Source: Piromyces finnis finn (lineage: Eukaryota; Fungi; Neocallimastigomycota). Taken from it: a DNA stretch of 64,000 nucleotides. The notes beneath the pieces were generated by a model. It had not been told where the DNA came from and did no database searches. It worked only from the letters and a program-made list of their open reading frames with translations. The first letter of the stretch is position 1, and every line of letters begins with the position of its first letter. Shown piece by piece: positions 1-15,299 of this stretch. Made by a program: the position numbers and the translations under genes. The stretch covers positions 186,001-250,000 of the forward strand of contig MCFH01000057.1 in NCBI GenBank assembly GCA_002104945.1, in the 5' to 3' direction.

Positions 1-1159
1 CAACTTTTTATATGAATGATGTAATTTTTAAAGGTAAAATGATTAATGTATATAGACAATATACGATGCAATTAATTTTAGATACTATACTATACTATAA
101 TTTACATTACATCTGGGGTGGGTTTCATTTTCCCTTATCATTTTTTTTTAAAAAAAAGAATATTTATTAATATGATTATGAATAAAGTTTATTGGTTATA
201 TGCATGGTTTTATTAGTCATATCATATTATATTTCAATATTATGTAAAAAATTGTTTTGATATAGTTTATTAATATTTCATTTTTGAATTGTCATGCTTT
301 AAAGTTCAATCTTTATTTTTTTTTTAAAATAAAAAGTGGTAGTAAAGCTTATTCTATTATTAACTATAACATTTAATATTTAAAAGTCAGTTGTAAAATT
401 TCCATTTTTTTTTTTTTCAATTCATTTTTAATACTCTTAATAATAAAATGATATCCATTAATAATAAAAAAAAAAAAAGAAAAAGAAATTTATACATTAC
501 AAGACTAACTATTTTTATTATTACTATTACTATGTTAACATTTATCTTTTTTTTTATCAATGAAATTAATGCACATCCATTTCCATTTAAAAGCTTATTA
601 ATTGATGTTTTTTTTTTCGAATTATATTTCAAGGATTAATAATGCAATTTAATAAATGAATAGTATAGTAATTAATACTATTATAATTGTTTTGCTTTCT
701 TTTCTTTTTTTTATTTTAAAATTGAAAAGAATGCTTTTCCTAAAGTTTTTGTTCTTTTTTTTATGGTATCACTTCTACCTACAGTTCTTTTTTCTTTGCT
801 GAAAATTCTGTTCCAATAATGTAATACAGCCACCACCACCACCTCTTTCTTATTTTACTAAATTTTGTACTATAAAACTATATATTACAATATATTTCTA
901 TATATTATTAATAAATAATAAATTCTATTGTTTTATTTAAAAAACGGTAATTTCAATTATAGTAAATTTCATTATTTAAATTAATTAGATTAAATTAATT
1001 TAAATATAAATAAAGTTTTGAAACTAAAAGATATACCGATAATATATTATAATATATATTGTATGTATTCCAAAATATAATAAATACATTTAATATTCAT
1101 TTTTAATATATTATACATTATAATACAATACATCAATGTAATTCATTCATTCTACTAAT

Positions 1160-1230
1160 TAATAAATAAATAAATAACTAGATAAATAACTAAATAAAGA
1201 AATAAATAACTAAATAAATAAATAAATAAC

Positions 1231-1261
<31 letters not shown>

Positions 1262-1305
1262 ATAGATAAATAAATAAATGAATAATTAGATAAATAAATG
1301 AATAA
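1160..1305. repeat. Degenerate (TAAA)n microsatellite
   Basis: TAAA units interrupted by TAAC, TAGA and TGAA variants, read directly. Confidence 0.85.
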
Positions 1306-2536
1306 TACATATTATACATATTTAAATGTTAATTAATATATAATACTATAATAATAATATTATTATTATTTTTAGGTATTATTTAAATATGTATTATTAT
1401 TTAATTTGTTAATAAATTAATAAATCTAATCTATTAATTGTTCTATAAATAATTAAACATTTTTTTTATTTTATTTATTGTATTATTCATAAATAAAGAA
1501 AAAAAAAAAAAAAGGTAAATCTGTTCATCAATTTTAAATTTTTGTAAGAAATATTTTGAATAAAAAAAAAAAAATATTTTTGCTTTTTAGATATAATAGA
1601 AAAGTAGAGGATAATAAAGATTATTAGGTAAAACCCAAAAGTATTATAAGAAAACAACAATAAAAACAGTAAAATTTCAAAAACAACATCAAAGGAAAAC
1701 ATGGCAATAAACAATAAATAAACAAAATTAATTCAATAAATTAAAAAAATTCTAGTTGTTTAAAAATAATTTAAATAAAAAGTTTATATACATATATTAC
1801 ATATATAAAATAACTTTTAACTATCGGTATAATGTATTAAAAAGAAATGAAAAATACAACAATTAATAAAAAAGTAAATTATAAACATTAGAAATAAACT
1901 GATTTTAAAAGAAATTTAAATTATTGAATGAGTGAAAGAGTCAACACAAGTTTCTTTAACGTTGATATTATTTAAAAATAAAAGGAAATAATAAATAATA
2001 TATTTTTGCTTAAAATTAAAAATAGTAAATTAGTAAACATTTATTTTTGTATGAAACAATAGATGAATAATACCTTTTTTACTATAAACAATAGATTTAG
2101 AATGACATCTTTTTCGAAATAATAGGATGAAATCTAAAACTCTCGATAAATTATAATTTTCTTAATAAATAGAAAATTAAAAAGTTGATGAATATATAAA
2201 TAATAGTAACAATAGTTAAGGTGTTAAAACTCTAATAAACATCAATTTTAATAATTATAACATTTTTAAAAAAATAGTTTTAAATACAATATATTTTTGC
2301 GTATAATAAGTAATAACAATAAATAATAATCAATAGTATAATAGTAATAACAACAATATTATTATTTTTATCGTATTGAAATATTAAAAGCACTTTTTAT
2401 AATTTTTATAAAAATTAAATATTTAAAAATATTTTCTATATATATATATTAAATGATCAATATATTTTGATAAATAAATATTAATATTAATATTTTTTCT
2501 CTTTTTATTTTTTTTTTATTTGTATAATTAGAAAAA

Positions 2537-3829
<1,293 letters not shown>

Positions 3830-5005
3830 ATGAAATTTTATATATATTTTTTGTAAAAATTAACAAAAGCTTATCTTTTAAAAAAGGATTTCATTCTTCC
3901 TGCTTAATAGAATTATGAATTAATTAATTTTAATAATATTATGAAAAAAAAAAATTGTAAAAAAAAATTTGCAACTATTTTTATATAAATTATAAAAAAA
4001 AAAAAAAAACTAAACAAATAATAATTAATCTTTTAAAAAATAAAACAAAAAAAAAGAAAAAGCAATATTATTTTTTTTTTTAATAAATAATTAATATTAT
4101 TATTTTAAATTATATAGTTTTTTTTTATTTTATAATACTTTCTAATGTTGGAAAGGAATATTAAAATGTATTTTTACTACTGCTAACAATAATAGATGAG
4201 TGAATTTGTAAAGCCAAGTAGTAATGGCGACCCTAAAGTTTTTACTAAAAGGGTATTTTTTTTGGTGGGAATGAATATTAATACAATTAAATGATACCTA
4301 TTCCTTTTTTTTTTTTTTCCTTAAAAAAGCAATTTTGTATATTGTGAAATTTTCTTCTTTATTATTATTCTTTATTGGTATATGTAAGATTTCAAATTTG
4401 GTTTATGAATATGATTTTTTGAAATTATTCATTTTTCTTTATACTTTTTATTACTCTATATTGTTGTTTTAAAAAAAAAAAAAAAAATGGATGAAAGAAT
4501 AAAATATCAATAATAACAACAAAGGAATTCTATTATTTGTTATTTAAAATAAATTATACTATTATGCATTCCTTACAAAAAAAAAAAAAAAAAAAAGGTA
4601 AAAAACTAGCTTTTTTTTTCTTTGGTAACGAACATCACTCATGAAATTTTTATATGTCAAGAAAAAAAATTTAAATTTATTTTTTTTACTTTTCTTTTTT
4701 TTTATTAAAAAAAAAAAAAAAAATTATTCAAACACACACAAAAAGAAACATTTTGAAATTAATTTTTATAAAAGTTTTTTTTTTTTTTTTTTTAGAATTA
4801 TTTTATTATATATATATATATATGTATTATATATATATATTTTTTTTTTTTAAAAAAAAAAAGATAATCTGATGTGTAATGATAAAATTGATACTCGTAG
4901 TTTTATTATTCTATAAATAATATAAAGGTTAAAAGAATTTTTTAAAGTATAATAATTTATAATCTATTTTTTCCTTTTCTTTCCTCTTTTTTTTTTTTTT
5001 TTTAA

Positions 5006-8000
5006 TTAATATAATGTTTGTATGTAGGCAATTCTTTGATTTGTATTGACCAATTTAATTTTTTTGTTTTGAATTTCAAACATTACCGAAAAATATTTAT
5101 ATAAAAATAGAAACTTTTTTAAATTCTCTATTTCATCTTTCTCGGATTCATCCTTGAGACATCCACAAATATAGGATCGATGAAAAAAACAAAAATTCAT
5201 TTTAGGACAAATAAAATAATCTGATATTTTAACATTCTTTTTAAATGCTACATAAAGGAAATCAAAGATTACCATTATATAAATCATACTATAACATATA
5301 TTACTGATGATCAATAAAAAGGGTATTCTATTAGGATTATTTGTTAAAACCAAATCACTAATAATCTTTATTATTTTTTATGAAAAAAAAAAAAAAAAAA
5401 AAAAAAAATCATTAGTTTATCTATTTTTGAAATATATAAATTTAATTTTTATTTGAATACATATATATTATTATTATTATTTTTTTTTTTCGAAAAAAAA
5501 AAAAAGACTTACATTTGGTGGAATTCCAATGGTTAGTAAAAGAATCACAGAGTAATATATTTTTATATTAATTTTAAATATACCTTCATATTTCCATATA
5601 AAAGAAGATTTTGTAATAAAATAAATTAAATATAAATATTCGGCAAAATGAAAAGCAGTATTAAGTCGGGATAATGGATTAATACACATCCATTTTTTAT
5701 TTGTACTAATAACATGCGTTTTACGGAAATAGGCTTCATTGTTAAAGATTGAACTATTTTTATAGATATCTTTATTATATTCAATGACACTATTAATTCC
5801 CAGTATTATTAATACCGTAATACAAAAAACGCACAGAAACATTATTTTAAAGTTATTCTCATAAATTTCTTTTATTCGCTTAAAAAGATTTTCGTAAACC
5901 AAGAAATCATTAGAAATCGATCCATTTTTATTTAAAGTAAAGGAATTTTCACGATCATTGTCGTAGTTTGTGTAGAATTCACAACTTTTGTTGTTATAAC
6001 GAGGTATATACGACGTTTTTGCTATTTTTTTCCTTTCATTTCCTTTATGATTTAAAAACCTTATTTTTGATCTTTTACTTTTTTTCGATCCAAAACTAAA
6101 GGATATTTTTGAATGTTTCGTAAGATCAACGGTTCGAATTTCCAACATTTTTATTTCATAATCTTTATTCGGAATTCCTAATTTACGTGAAATATTGATG
6201 ATGCAATGGAAAACGGAAATTAAAATGAATAACCCTGTGTGTCTCGATATCGAATTTAAAAAATTCATAAAATTATCATTATGTCCGTCAAATACAACAC
6301 TAACTGTAATACATATTAAAGCAATATGAAGTAATAATAATTTATAATAGCCAATTTCTGCTATAACTTTGTTATTTTTTAAATAAATGGAAAAGATGAA
6401 TATACTTGTTTCTAATCCTACAATTGTATATTGCATCGTTCTTGTTCTTGTCAGCATATTACTTTTTTTTTTTTGGTGTTTAAAAGTTGAAAAAAAAAAG
6501 TATATTTTAATTAATGATGATGATGATGATGATGATTAAAATTGTTTTTTTAAAACAAAATTATTTAAATATAAAATATATTTACCTTAAGGATTCATAC
6601 GAAACATTATTACAAGTTATTCCGTCGAAACCGGCATAACATTTACAATAATTATTGGTATGATTATCTATTGGTGGCATACATATTCCGTTTACACAAC
6701 CATTTTTACATTTAGGTTTTTCACAATACGTGATATTGTAGTTATTATAAGTTTTATTATTTTTAATTTCGGTATTTTCACAATCTTTAATGGTAATTGG
6801 TATATCATTGATAGCAAAGGTTATATTATATGGATCATTTTCCATGGAAAAATGGATGATGTAATCCTTTGGGTTGGCATATATTTTTAAGTCGTTAAAA
6901 ATACATTCTCCATTATTAAAAGTTTTAATATGATTTTCTAGGATATAAAAAGGTTTAATATATCCATTGGTATCACCAATATCATATTTACTAATTTCGA
7001 AAAGTTCTGCTACTAGTTGAAAATTAGAATGTAATTTAGGCGTATCTCTAATTTGTTGTCCATAAATATCTTTAACGATATATGAAATTGACACGGAATT
7101 TCCACTTGAAATTTTAAAATTACCTGTTTTATTTATAGGTAAGGCTAAGGAAGGAAAACTTGCATAATTTTTACCGTACGCTTTTGAGGTATTATTTACA
7201 AATGCATCAAGATTTGAAAAAATAAGGGTATTAATTGATTCATTTGTTGTAAATATTGCTCCACCAGCTATATCTGCTGTATTATTTTTAAAAACGGAAC
7301 CTGTCATACTTTTTAAATAATTTAATGAATTTTTAAAATAAATGGCACCCCCAAAATACGTTGCTACATTATTTTGAAAAGTAACATTATGTAAACTTAT
7401 TGATCTATAATCGATATCTTCATAGTCATTCATTGATAAATAGATCGCTCCGCCATATTTACTATTATTTTCAATAAAAAAGGTATTGACTATATTAAGA
7501 TTTAAATTTTTGATATCCTTAAAATATCTTTTATCATTATTAAAAAAGAAATAAGATAAAATAAATTAAATTAAAAATACATATATAAAGGTTCAAAATA
7601 ATAATTAATAAATGTAATTATTTGTAATTTATATAATTTATAATTTTCATTAAGAAATCTATAGAGTAATAGTATATAAAATTAATTTTTACTTACAAAG
7701 TTCCGCCATAATCAGACTTATTATATAAGAAATGTGAATTACTTATCGTTATATTAACATTATTTGCAAACGAAAATATACCATGATTATCTCTATTATT
7801 CTTACAATTCTTAACTTCTATATTGGTGATCGAAATTTCCGACTATTTTGTTTAATTTATATATATAAAGTTTAAAAAAAATATATATATATATATATAA
7901 ATTATTGTTGTAAGAATCATATCCTATTAATAATAATAATTATTATTTATAAATATAAATTTTTATGCATTAATACATATTGAGGTTCAAATTTTATTAA

Positions 8001-10128
8001 TGCTCCTCCAATAGTATTTTCGTATAATTTTAGGCTATTTAAATAAATTTTTGTATCATTTCCTGTAATTTTCATAATCGAATCTGATACTATACAATAG
8101 GCAAAGATAACATTATTTATAATTAATTTTCTTTTTTCATCGCCAGAATCATAAAATATAATGGAAGATTTAGGTGATGAACTTTGATTTAAAGCATAGC
8201 TAATAACTACATCTATCATTGCTAGGTCATGGTACAAACATTTTATCATATAGTCATAATCAGACGTAAGATTTAGAAATTGTGTATTGAGAATACTGAA
8301 ATCATTTAAAGAATTAAACATTAATTTTGATGTTTTTGTAAGACTGAAATAGATAATATTTATGAAATTGTTAATTATTTTTTTATAATATTATTTAATA
8401 ATTAATTAATATCTAATAATAATAATAATAATAATTAATTAATTAATTACTTTAAAAATCTAAATTTTGAATTGCTTATAGTATAATGAGAATCTGTTGT
8501 ATCAAAAATGACTGAAGGAGTATTTGTAATTTTCGGTTTTTGTATTATTGTATTATTTAAGTTAATATTATTTTTTGTTCCCCCAATAACGACAGAATTA
8601 GCTTGATAATAAACAGATATTTATTTAGAAACTATTAAAAAAAAAAAAACATAAATTTTTAAAATTTATTTATTATTATTACATTGGAAGAAAGAATCAT
8701 TAATTTCTAGTGGTTCATAATTTTCATTTTTTGAAATGTTTATTAAATAGTTTGTAGATGATACACATGAATTAAATTTTGTGTTTTTTATGCTATAATA
8801 ATAATAATAGTAATAATAATAATTTACAGGAAAATTTTAGTAAAGTTCTATTAGAAAGATTAAAAAAAAAAAAAAAAAAAAAATCCTATATATATATATA
8901 TAATTTGAATTACTTTAATTTTGAAGAGTATATTGTGAATAGTGGAAAACTATATGTATATAATTGAGTAAAAATACAGTTATTTACATAAATATTATTT
9001 ATTGGTTTATAGGATGTTAAAATTAATGATTCATCCATTTTTAAAGCTGTTGTTTCCAATTCTTTTGAAAGGTTGGCGTTAGTAAATATATCTAGTGTTT
9101 ATGTTAAACAATAATACTTAATATTTATTTATTTATTTACTTTTTTTTTTTTTTTGAATGCATCAAGCGAATAATATTTATTTTATTCAACTTACCATTT
9201 TCAAAAGTGACATTTCCATAATATATAGATGCAATACTATCAAACCCATTAAAGATAGAATTTGATATTTTCACATCATAACACGCTTTGTCTTCGATAT
9301 TAAAATAATCTTCACTTTGACTTAGGTTTATCAACTTATTTTTGTTATTACTTTATTATTATTATTATTATTAAAAAAAACATTTTGATAATAAAGAATT
9401 CATTTATTTTTTTACCATTGTTTTCCCATATATTTATACAAAATTAAAAGGTATAATAGAATAACAAGTATATATATAAAGAAATATTTTTTTTTTTTTT
9501 TTGTTATTAAAAGATATTTTTATTTAGTAATAGAATTAAAAAACCAATTTTTTTTTAATATTTACATAAATTCGCAATTATTGAATTTGACGTATTTTTC
9601 TCTCTTTTCTTTTCCACAAAATGTATTAACTGTTAGAATGGATTCATTATTTTCAAAAACGCAATTTTCAAAAACTAATTGATAATTATATTCTTCCTTG
9701 TTCTTTATAATATTGAAAAGAGAATAGGTTTTACGAGTAGTGTAGTTTTTTATAATAAGATTTTTAAATTTTAATGTTATATTTTTAGTACTAATAAATC
9801 TAAAATTCAATAATGACGCGGCATTATGTTCACCAAATTCTATTACAGTTCTATTTCCTTCATTTCCAATGAATGATACATCTATATTTATATTAAATTC
9901 TGTAACAGAAGCAAAGCTTAAATCATAATATGGTTCACTAAAAAGAAGATTAATATTTTCTTTTTCATCGTTATTTAGTATATTATGAATGAATTGATAA
10001 ATTTTATTAGTACTTGTTATTGTTATATTTCTACAATTAATAATTTTCAAAATCAAAAATATCTCAAATATAATTAAAATGATTTGATTTTTATAAGTAT
10101 TAAACATTTTTTTTTCTATTATTTTCAT
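5006..10128 (-). CDS. Multi-exon receptor-like membrane protein: signal peptide, pectin-lyase-like/parallel beta-helix ectodomain, EGF-like Cys region, C-terminal multi-pass (7TM, class C GPCR-like) domain
   Basis: ORFs 9562-10128, 9137-9334, 7947-8321, 6582-7433, 5477-6457 and 5006-5353 are same-strand exons (about 10 in total). Repeats such as FQNNVATYFGGAIY and FKNNTADIAGGAIF; CKNGCVNGIC...CKCYAGFDGITC (EGF); then several hydrophobic helices. Matches the non-rhodopsin GPCR-like architecture described in anaerobic fungi. Start is 10128 or 10107. Confidence 0.75.
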
Positions 10129-10234
10129 AATAATATTTCTAAAAGTTTTACTATTTGACTATAAATTTAGTAATTAATGATACACATTATAACGACAACA
10201 CTTTTTTTAATTCTTTTATTTTTTTTATAATTAT

Positions 10235-10269
<35 letters not shown>

Positions 10270-11994
10270 TTTACTTTATAAAAGATTCTTTTTTTTTTTT
10301 TTTTTTAATTTTTTTTGATTATGTCATAATGTCTACTTTACAATCAATTAACAAAAATAAAAGACAATCAATTATTATTTCAAACTAGTCAAAAAAAAAA
10401 AATAGAAAGAATTATTATATATATTTTTTATATTTAGCTTTAATAGTTTTAAAGTTAAAATCCATACATTACTCTATTTCGTTTATTTCTACTTTGATAT
10501 CTTTTAAAGTTTTTGTTTTGTAGCTTGTAATAAAATTTAAATAAATCCAAAACTTTATTTCAATAAATTTTATAAAAAATAAAAATAATAAAGTATCAAT
10601 ATTTATTAAATTTCTTGGAGACTTACTAAAAGATGAAGAAAAAAAATTCATTTTTTTTTTGTCATTCTATCCATTGTATATTATCATAATCAATAGTATT
10701 GTTTTTATTTAGTTAATACATATTAACAAGAAATGAAATAAAAAGTATTATTAGTAATTATGAAGATAATAATTATTAATTGCATTTAGTAAAAGTGTAA
10801 CTATTTTAAAAAAAAAAAAAACTATATTATCTTTTTTTTTCTTATGATTTAGAGTTTTAAAAATCTATACAAGTTCTAAAAAAAATACTTTTAATACATA
10901 TTATCTCTTCCATAATCACCTAAATACTATTATTAATATTCACCTATTATCAATTCTAGTAAAAGATCCATTTTTGATCTACATCACAATAATAGACTTT
11001 TAATCCTCTCTATCCATCATTGACCATATATTATAATTTTAATAGTATTTGTAGCTTACCAAACAAAATTATATATGATACTTTAATAATGTTTAAAGGT
11101 ATCAACTAATATTATGTATGATAAGGAATAATAATAAAAAAAATAAAATTTTTTCATCTTTTCTAAAAAAGAAAAATAAGCTTTTTACTATTAATAAAGA
11201 AAAGTTTTTTTTTTTTAACCTTTAGAATAGAATTTTATTTGAGTATAGTTATTTAAGTATTAAAACTCAAATAGAAAAATTATTATAAACTTAATAAAAT
11301 GGATGTTTTATTTAATAATTTTGCTAGAAATAATAATCACATTTTGTATTTATATGCATTTAAATTCATTTATTTATTCTTTATCCCTTTTTCTTTTGCA
11401 ATAATAAACTAAAATAATAAACATACATTAGTTTTTGTGAAAATAGTATTTATTTTTTTTTAATTATTTATCCTTTTTATTATGCTTAATAAATAATTAT
11501 AATAAAATTTTATGATTATTAAATCTTAATTGCACCTAATAATGGTTTATTCCATAATGAAAACATTCAATTTAATACTATTTAATTAAAAATGAAGGTT
11601 TATTCAATCATTAAATAATGTATAATACTATCCTACACCTTTTTTTTTTTTTTTTGTGTATGTTCCATCATCCTAATTCTTATATTCTCTTAACAACACC
11701 CATAAAAAAAAATAAATGCAAAATTGTCAAACCATATATATAAATTATTATGATTGGCTAAGTTTTAAAAAAAAAACTAAATTATTAAAAGAAATTCTAA
11801 TACATGTCTATCATATGAAAATAATAAAGTATATGTATTTAAGCCCTTTTATTATTGCCTTCTATACTTATTACTTATTAATTAGTTATTTCACAAAGCA
11901 ATAAATATTTATTACATAGACATTTTTTTTATTATTTATTGAATTTTTTTTTTAGATTTTGTCATGTGTTTTTTACATGATAATGTAAAGGACG

Positions 11995-12280
11995 ACACAC
12001 CATTGGGGATTGGGGGGTGTTCTTTTATCATTCCAGTATTGTTGTCGGTGCTTGCAATGCCCTAAGATAAGGGTAGCCTTTCAGGGATATGTCTTTAATG
12101 ATCCTTTTTTGTGAATTGGACTGAATACAATTCAATATCTTTATACCTCCCTCGACGACATTAACTTTCAGGTGTGATTAACAAATATATAAAATCTACA
12201 AATTGTCCTATTGGTTGAAACAAACTTTACTTAACAGGTAAATATACCCTAATCCATAAAATATTATTTATTGGTAAAAT
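11995..12280. promoter_or_regulatory. GC-elevated upstream island with five same-orientation ATTGG (reverse CCAAT) motifs
   Basis: ATTGG at 12002, 12009, 12115, 12210 and 12270, about 430-700 bp upstream of the chitin deacetylase ATG. Regulatory role is inferred only. Confidence 0.3.
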
Positions 12281-12706
12281 CTTTAAAATCTTTTCTGTTA
12301 AATTCTTTTACCGAAGTTGGACAAATTTAATTTTTATAATTAACCTTAATTAATAATAAAATTAATACATTATTGTACTTAAAATAAATTAAAAATAAAT
12401 TAATACAATATTATAATGTAGGCATTAATGTATTTTTTTTGAAAATGATCCAACAAATGAGAAAAGGAAAAAGAAAAAAATTTTATTATAAAAAGAGAAT
12501 GAATTTCTTTTTTTTTTCTTTTTTTTTTTTTTTTTATTTATTTCTTTACAATTTACTTTTTTTTTTTTTTTTAAAAAAAAAATAAAGATATTTAAAATTG
12601 ACAGAATTATTTTTTTTCATAAAATAAAATATTATAAAAGTTCATTTAGTAAAGTTATAATTGTTAATTGAAATTTAAAAAAGGAAAAAGGCAAAACAAA
12701 CAAACA

Positions 12707-14053
12707 ATGAAATCATTTAAAGACTTATTATTATTAGCATTTATTGCTAGTACAGTAGCTGCTAAATGTGGTTCAGGTTATGGTAGTTGCCCAAGTGGCC
12801 AATGCTGTTCAAAGTATGGTTACTGTGGTACTTCTTCTGCCTACTGTGATGCTGGTTGTCAATCTAGCTATGGTAAATGTAATAGCTCTGCTTCTACACT
12901 TTCTTCTGATGGACGTTGTGGTACAGGCTACGGTACTAAATGTCCAAGTGGCCAATGTTGTTCAAAGTATGGTTACTGTGGTACTACTTCTGCTTATTGT
13001 GATGCTGGTTGTCAATCTGGCTTTGGTAAGTGTAACAGCTCTTCAACAACAACAACAACAACTTCTAGTGATGGACGTTGTGGTACCGGCTACGGTACTA
13101 AATGTCCAAGTGGCCAATGTTGTTCAAAGTATGGTCACTGTGGTACTACTTCTGCTTATTGTGATGCTGGTTGTCAATCTGGCTTTGGTAAGTGTAACAG
13201 CTCTTCAACAACAACAACAACCACCTCTAGTGATGGACGTTGTGGTACCGGCTACGGTACTAAATGTCCAAGTGGCCAATGTTGTTCAAAATATGGTTAC
13301 TGTGGTACTTCTTCTGCTCACTGTGATGCTGGTTGTCAATCTGGCTTTGGTACTTGTGGAAGTAGTAGTACAACTACCACTACCACCACCACCACCACTA
13401 GTGGTAAGTTACAATATTATACTCAATGTAAAAACAAGAAACATTGGGCTCTTTCTTTCGATGATGGACCATACGATTATGATACTGCCTTACTTGACTT
13501 ACTTAAGAAAAAGGGTGTTAAAGCTACTTTCTTCCTTAACGGTTCTAACTATTTAGATATTAAATCTGATAAGGCTAAACAAATTGTTAAAAGAATGTAC
13601 AATGAAGGTCACGTTATTGGTTCTCATACTTGGAGTCATGTTGATTTAAATACTGTTAGTGAAAGTGTAATGAAGGAAGAAATGGTTAAATTAGAAAATG
13701 TTCTTTTAGATTACATTGGTAAGAAACCAGCTTTAATGCGTCCACCTTATGGTTCTGGTGAAGGTAGTAGTACTATTGCTTCAATTTTAGGTAAACTTGG
13801 ATATACTGCTGCTTGTATCTGGAATGTTGATACTATGGACTGGAGTAATAAGGGTGATAAAAACTATGCTCTTGCTGAATTTAAAAAGGCTTTAGGCGGT
13901 TCTATTATGTCCTTAAACCATTCTGCTTATACCGGTATTACCAGTGATAAGTTGGTTAATTTAATTAGTGCTGAAATTGATTATATGATATCAAATGGTT
14001 ACACTCCAGTTACTATGGATGAATGTCTTGGTCTTAAGGCTTATCAAAATTAA
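12707..14053 (+). CDS. Secreted chitin deacetylase (CE4/NodB) with four N-terminal CBM18 (hevein) domains, intronless
   Basis: The ATG at 12707 gives signal peptide MKSFKDLLLLAFIASTVAA. Four C-x-CCSKYG[YH]CG...C...CQS..G.C domains with Thr/Ser linkers. CE4 motifs SFDDGP, HTWSH, RPPYG, DTMDW and LNH are all present. Confidence 0.95.
   Translation: MKSFKDLLLLAFIASTVAAKCGSGYGSCPSGQCCSKYGYCGTSSAYCDAGCQSSYGKCNSSASTLSSDGRCGTGYGTKCPSGQCCSKYGYCGTTSAYCDAGCQSGFGKCNSSSTTTTTTSSDGRCGTGYGTKCPSGQCCSKYGHCGTTSAYCDAGCQSGFGKCNSSSTTTTTTSSDGRCGTGYGTKCPSGQCCSKYGYCGTSSAHCDAGCQSGFGTCGSSSTTTTTTTTTTSGKLQYYTQCKNKKHWALSFDDGPYDYDTALLDLLKKKGVKATFFLNGSNYLDIKSDKAKQIVKRMYNEGHVIGSHTWSHVDLNTVSESVMKEEMVKLENVLLDYIGKKPALMRPPYGSGEGSSTIASILGKLGYTAACIWNVDTMDWSNKGDKNYALAEFKKALGGSIMSLNHSAYTGITSDKLVNLISAEIDYMISNGYTPVTMDECLGLKAYQN
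12907..13360 (+). repeat. Three near-identical 162-bp coding tandem repeats (CBM18 domains 2-4)
   Basis: TGATGGACGTTGTGGTAC starts at 12907, 13069 and 13231 (period 162 nt = 54 codons), with few substitutions between copies. Confidence 0.95.
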
Positions 14054-15299
14054 GATTTTTAGATTTATTTATATCTAGAAATGAAAAATATATATAATAG
14101 TATATATATATTTAATAATAATAATAATAATTAATTGACATTTAAATTTTTTTATTTTATAAGAATAGACTTTTTTGAAATAATGACATAAACAAGAAAA
14201 AAAAATAAATATTTATAGACTTTATGTAGCATTTTAGATTTATTTTTTTTAAAAAAATTAAATAAAATTCATTTTTTTTAATAATAATAATAATTTGGTT
14301 AATGAGGTGTTGTTTTAAAGTGTTGAAAGTTTTTATTATTTTATAATGGTGGTGGTGATGGTGGTGGTGATGATGGAGTATTAAAGTGTGCCTTCTTTCA
14401 AAAAAAAAAAAAAAAGCATTTACCATTACCTTTTTTAAAATGGAAGATTTAAAAGTTGCCTTTTTTCCTAAAAATCATCCCATCAATCTCCTATCATTAA
14501 ATAATATATTATGAAATATATTATTATTATATATAATTACATAATATAATATATATTCAATATATTCTATCCTATTGACATATCAAATTAAAAATATGCA
14601 ATCATCAAATAAATTAATTTTTTTTGATAAAAAAATTTTTTAAATTAAAAGAATTTCTTTAAGCGATTTGTCACAATAAAAAAAAAAAGTGGCCTTTTTA
14701 CCATTTTATAATTTTACGAAAAGAAAATTATGAAAAGGATCAATGAACCTTTTTATATAGAAAAAAAAAAGGTAGACATTATTTATTATAATAGATGGTT
14801 TTAAAAGGAATAAATGATGAAAAAAAAAAAAAAAAAAGAAGATGACAATGAAAATATATATCATATTTTTCTTTATTTCTCTCTATCCTTTTTGTAACTG
14901 TAATAGAAAAAAAAAAAAAAAAAAAAAAAGTTACAAGTAAATTTAGTAATATATTTTAATATTTTATAAAATTATTATATTCGGAAAAGAACAATATCAT
15001 TAAAAAACTAGCATTGGGGTATAGGTAAATTAATGATTTAATTGCATTCCTTATTATGTTATTTTGATGATACTAGGGAATGCAATTCTATATCATATAT
15101 CATTGATATTATCATTATCATTATACTTGAAAATAATTATATATATCATTGATATTATCATTATAAAGAATATAACTTTATAAATTTTATTTTTTGTTTT
15201 TTATTAAATTAAAAGTGAAATAATAGATATTTTAAGTCATAATATGTTATGAATAATAATATGAAAAAAAAAATAAAAATAAATAGAATAAGTTGTTTT

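Noticed and set aside
417-1714. Short ORFs 417-632, 448-639 and 1487-1714, plus a (CCA)n patch near 830
   Set aside because: Low-complexity AT-rich translations with no recognisable motif and no consistent exon chain. A truncated gene at the window edge cannot be excluded.
4641-4853. 70-aa ORF rich in F/K/Y/I
   Set aside because: Product of poly-A/T and (AT)n runs.
10469-11100. 60-aa minus-strand ORF and nearby fragments considered as a transposase remnant
   Set aside because: No DDE or RT motif and no terminal repeats; similarity too weak.
12907-13360. Regularly spaced repeats considered as a CRISPR-like array
   Set aside because: Whole-unit in-frame coding repeats with no unique spacers, in a eukaryotic gene.
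12768-13556. 262-aa Val/Leu-rich ORF
   Set aside because: Alternate-frame shadow of the CBM18 repeats.
14157-14426. Poly-His ORF
   Set aside because: Arises from a short (GGT/GAT)n microsatellite; no other coding signal.
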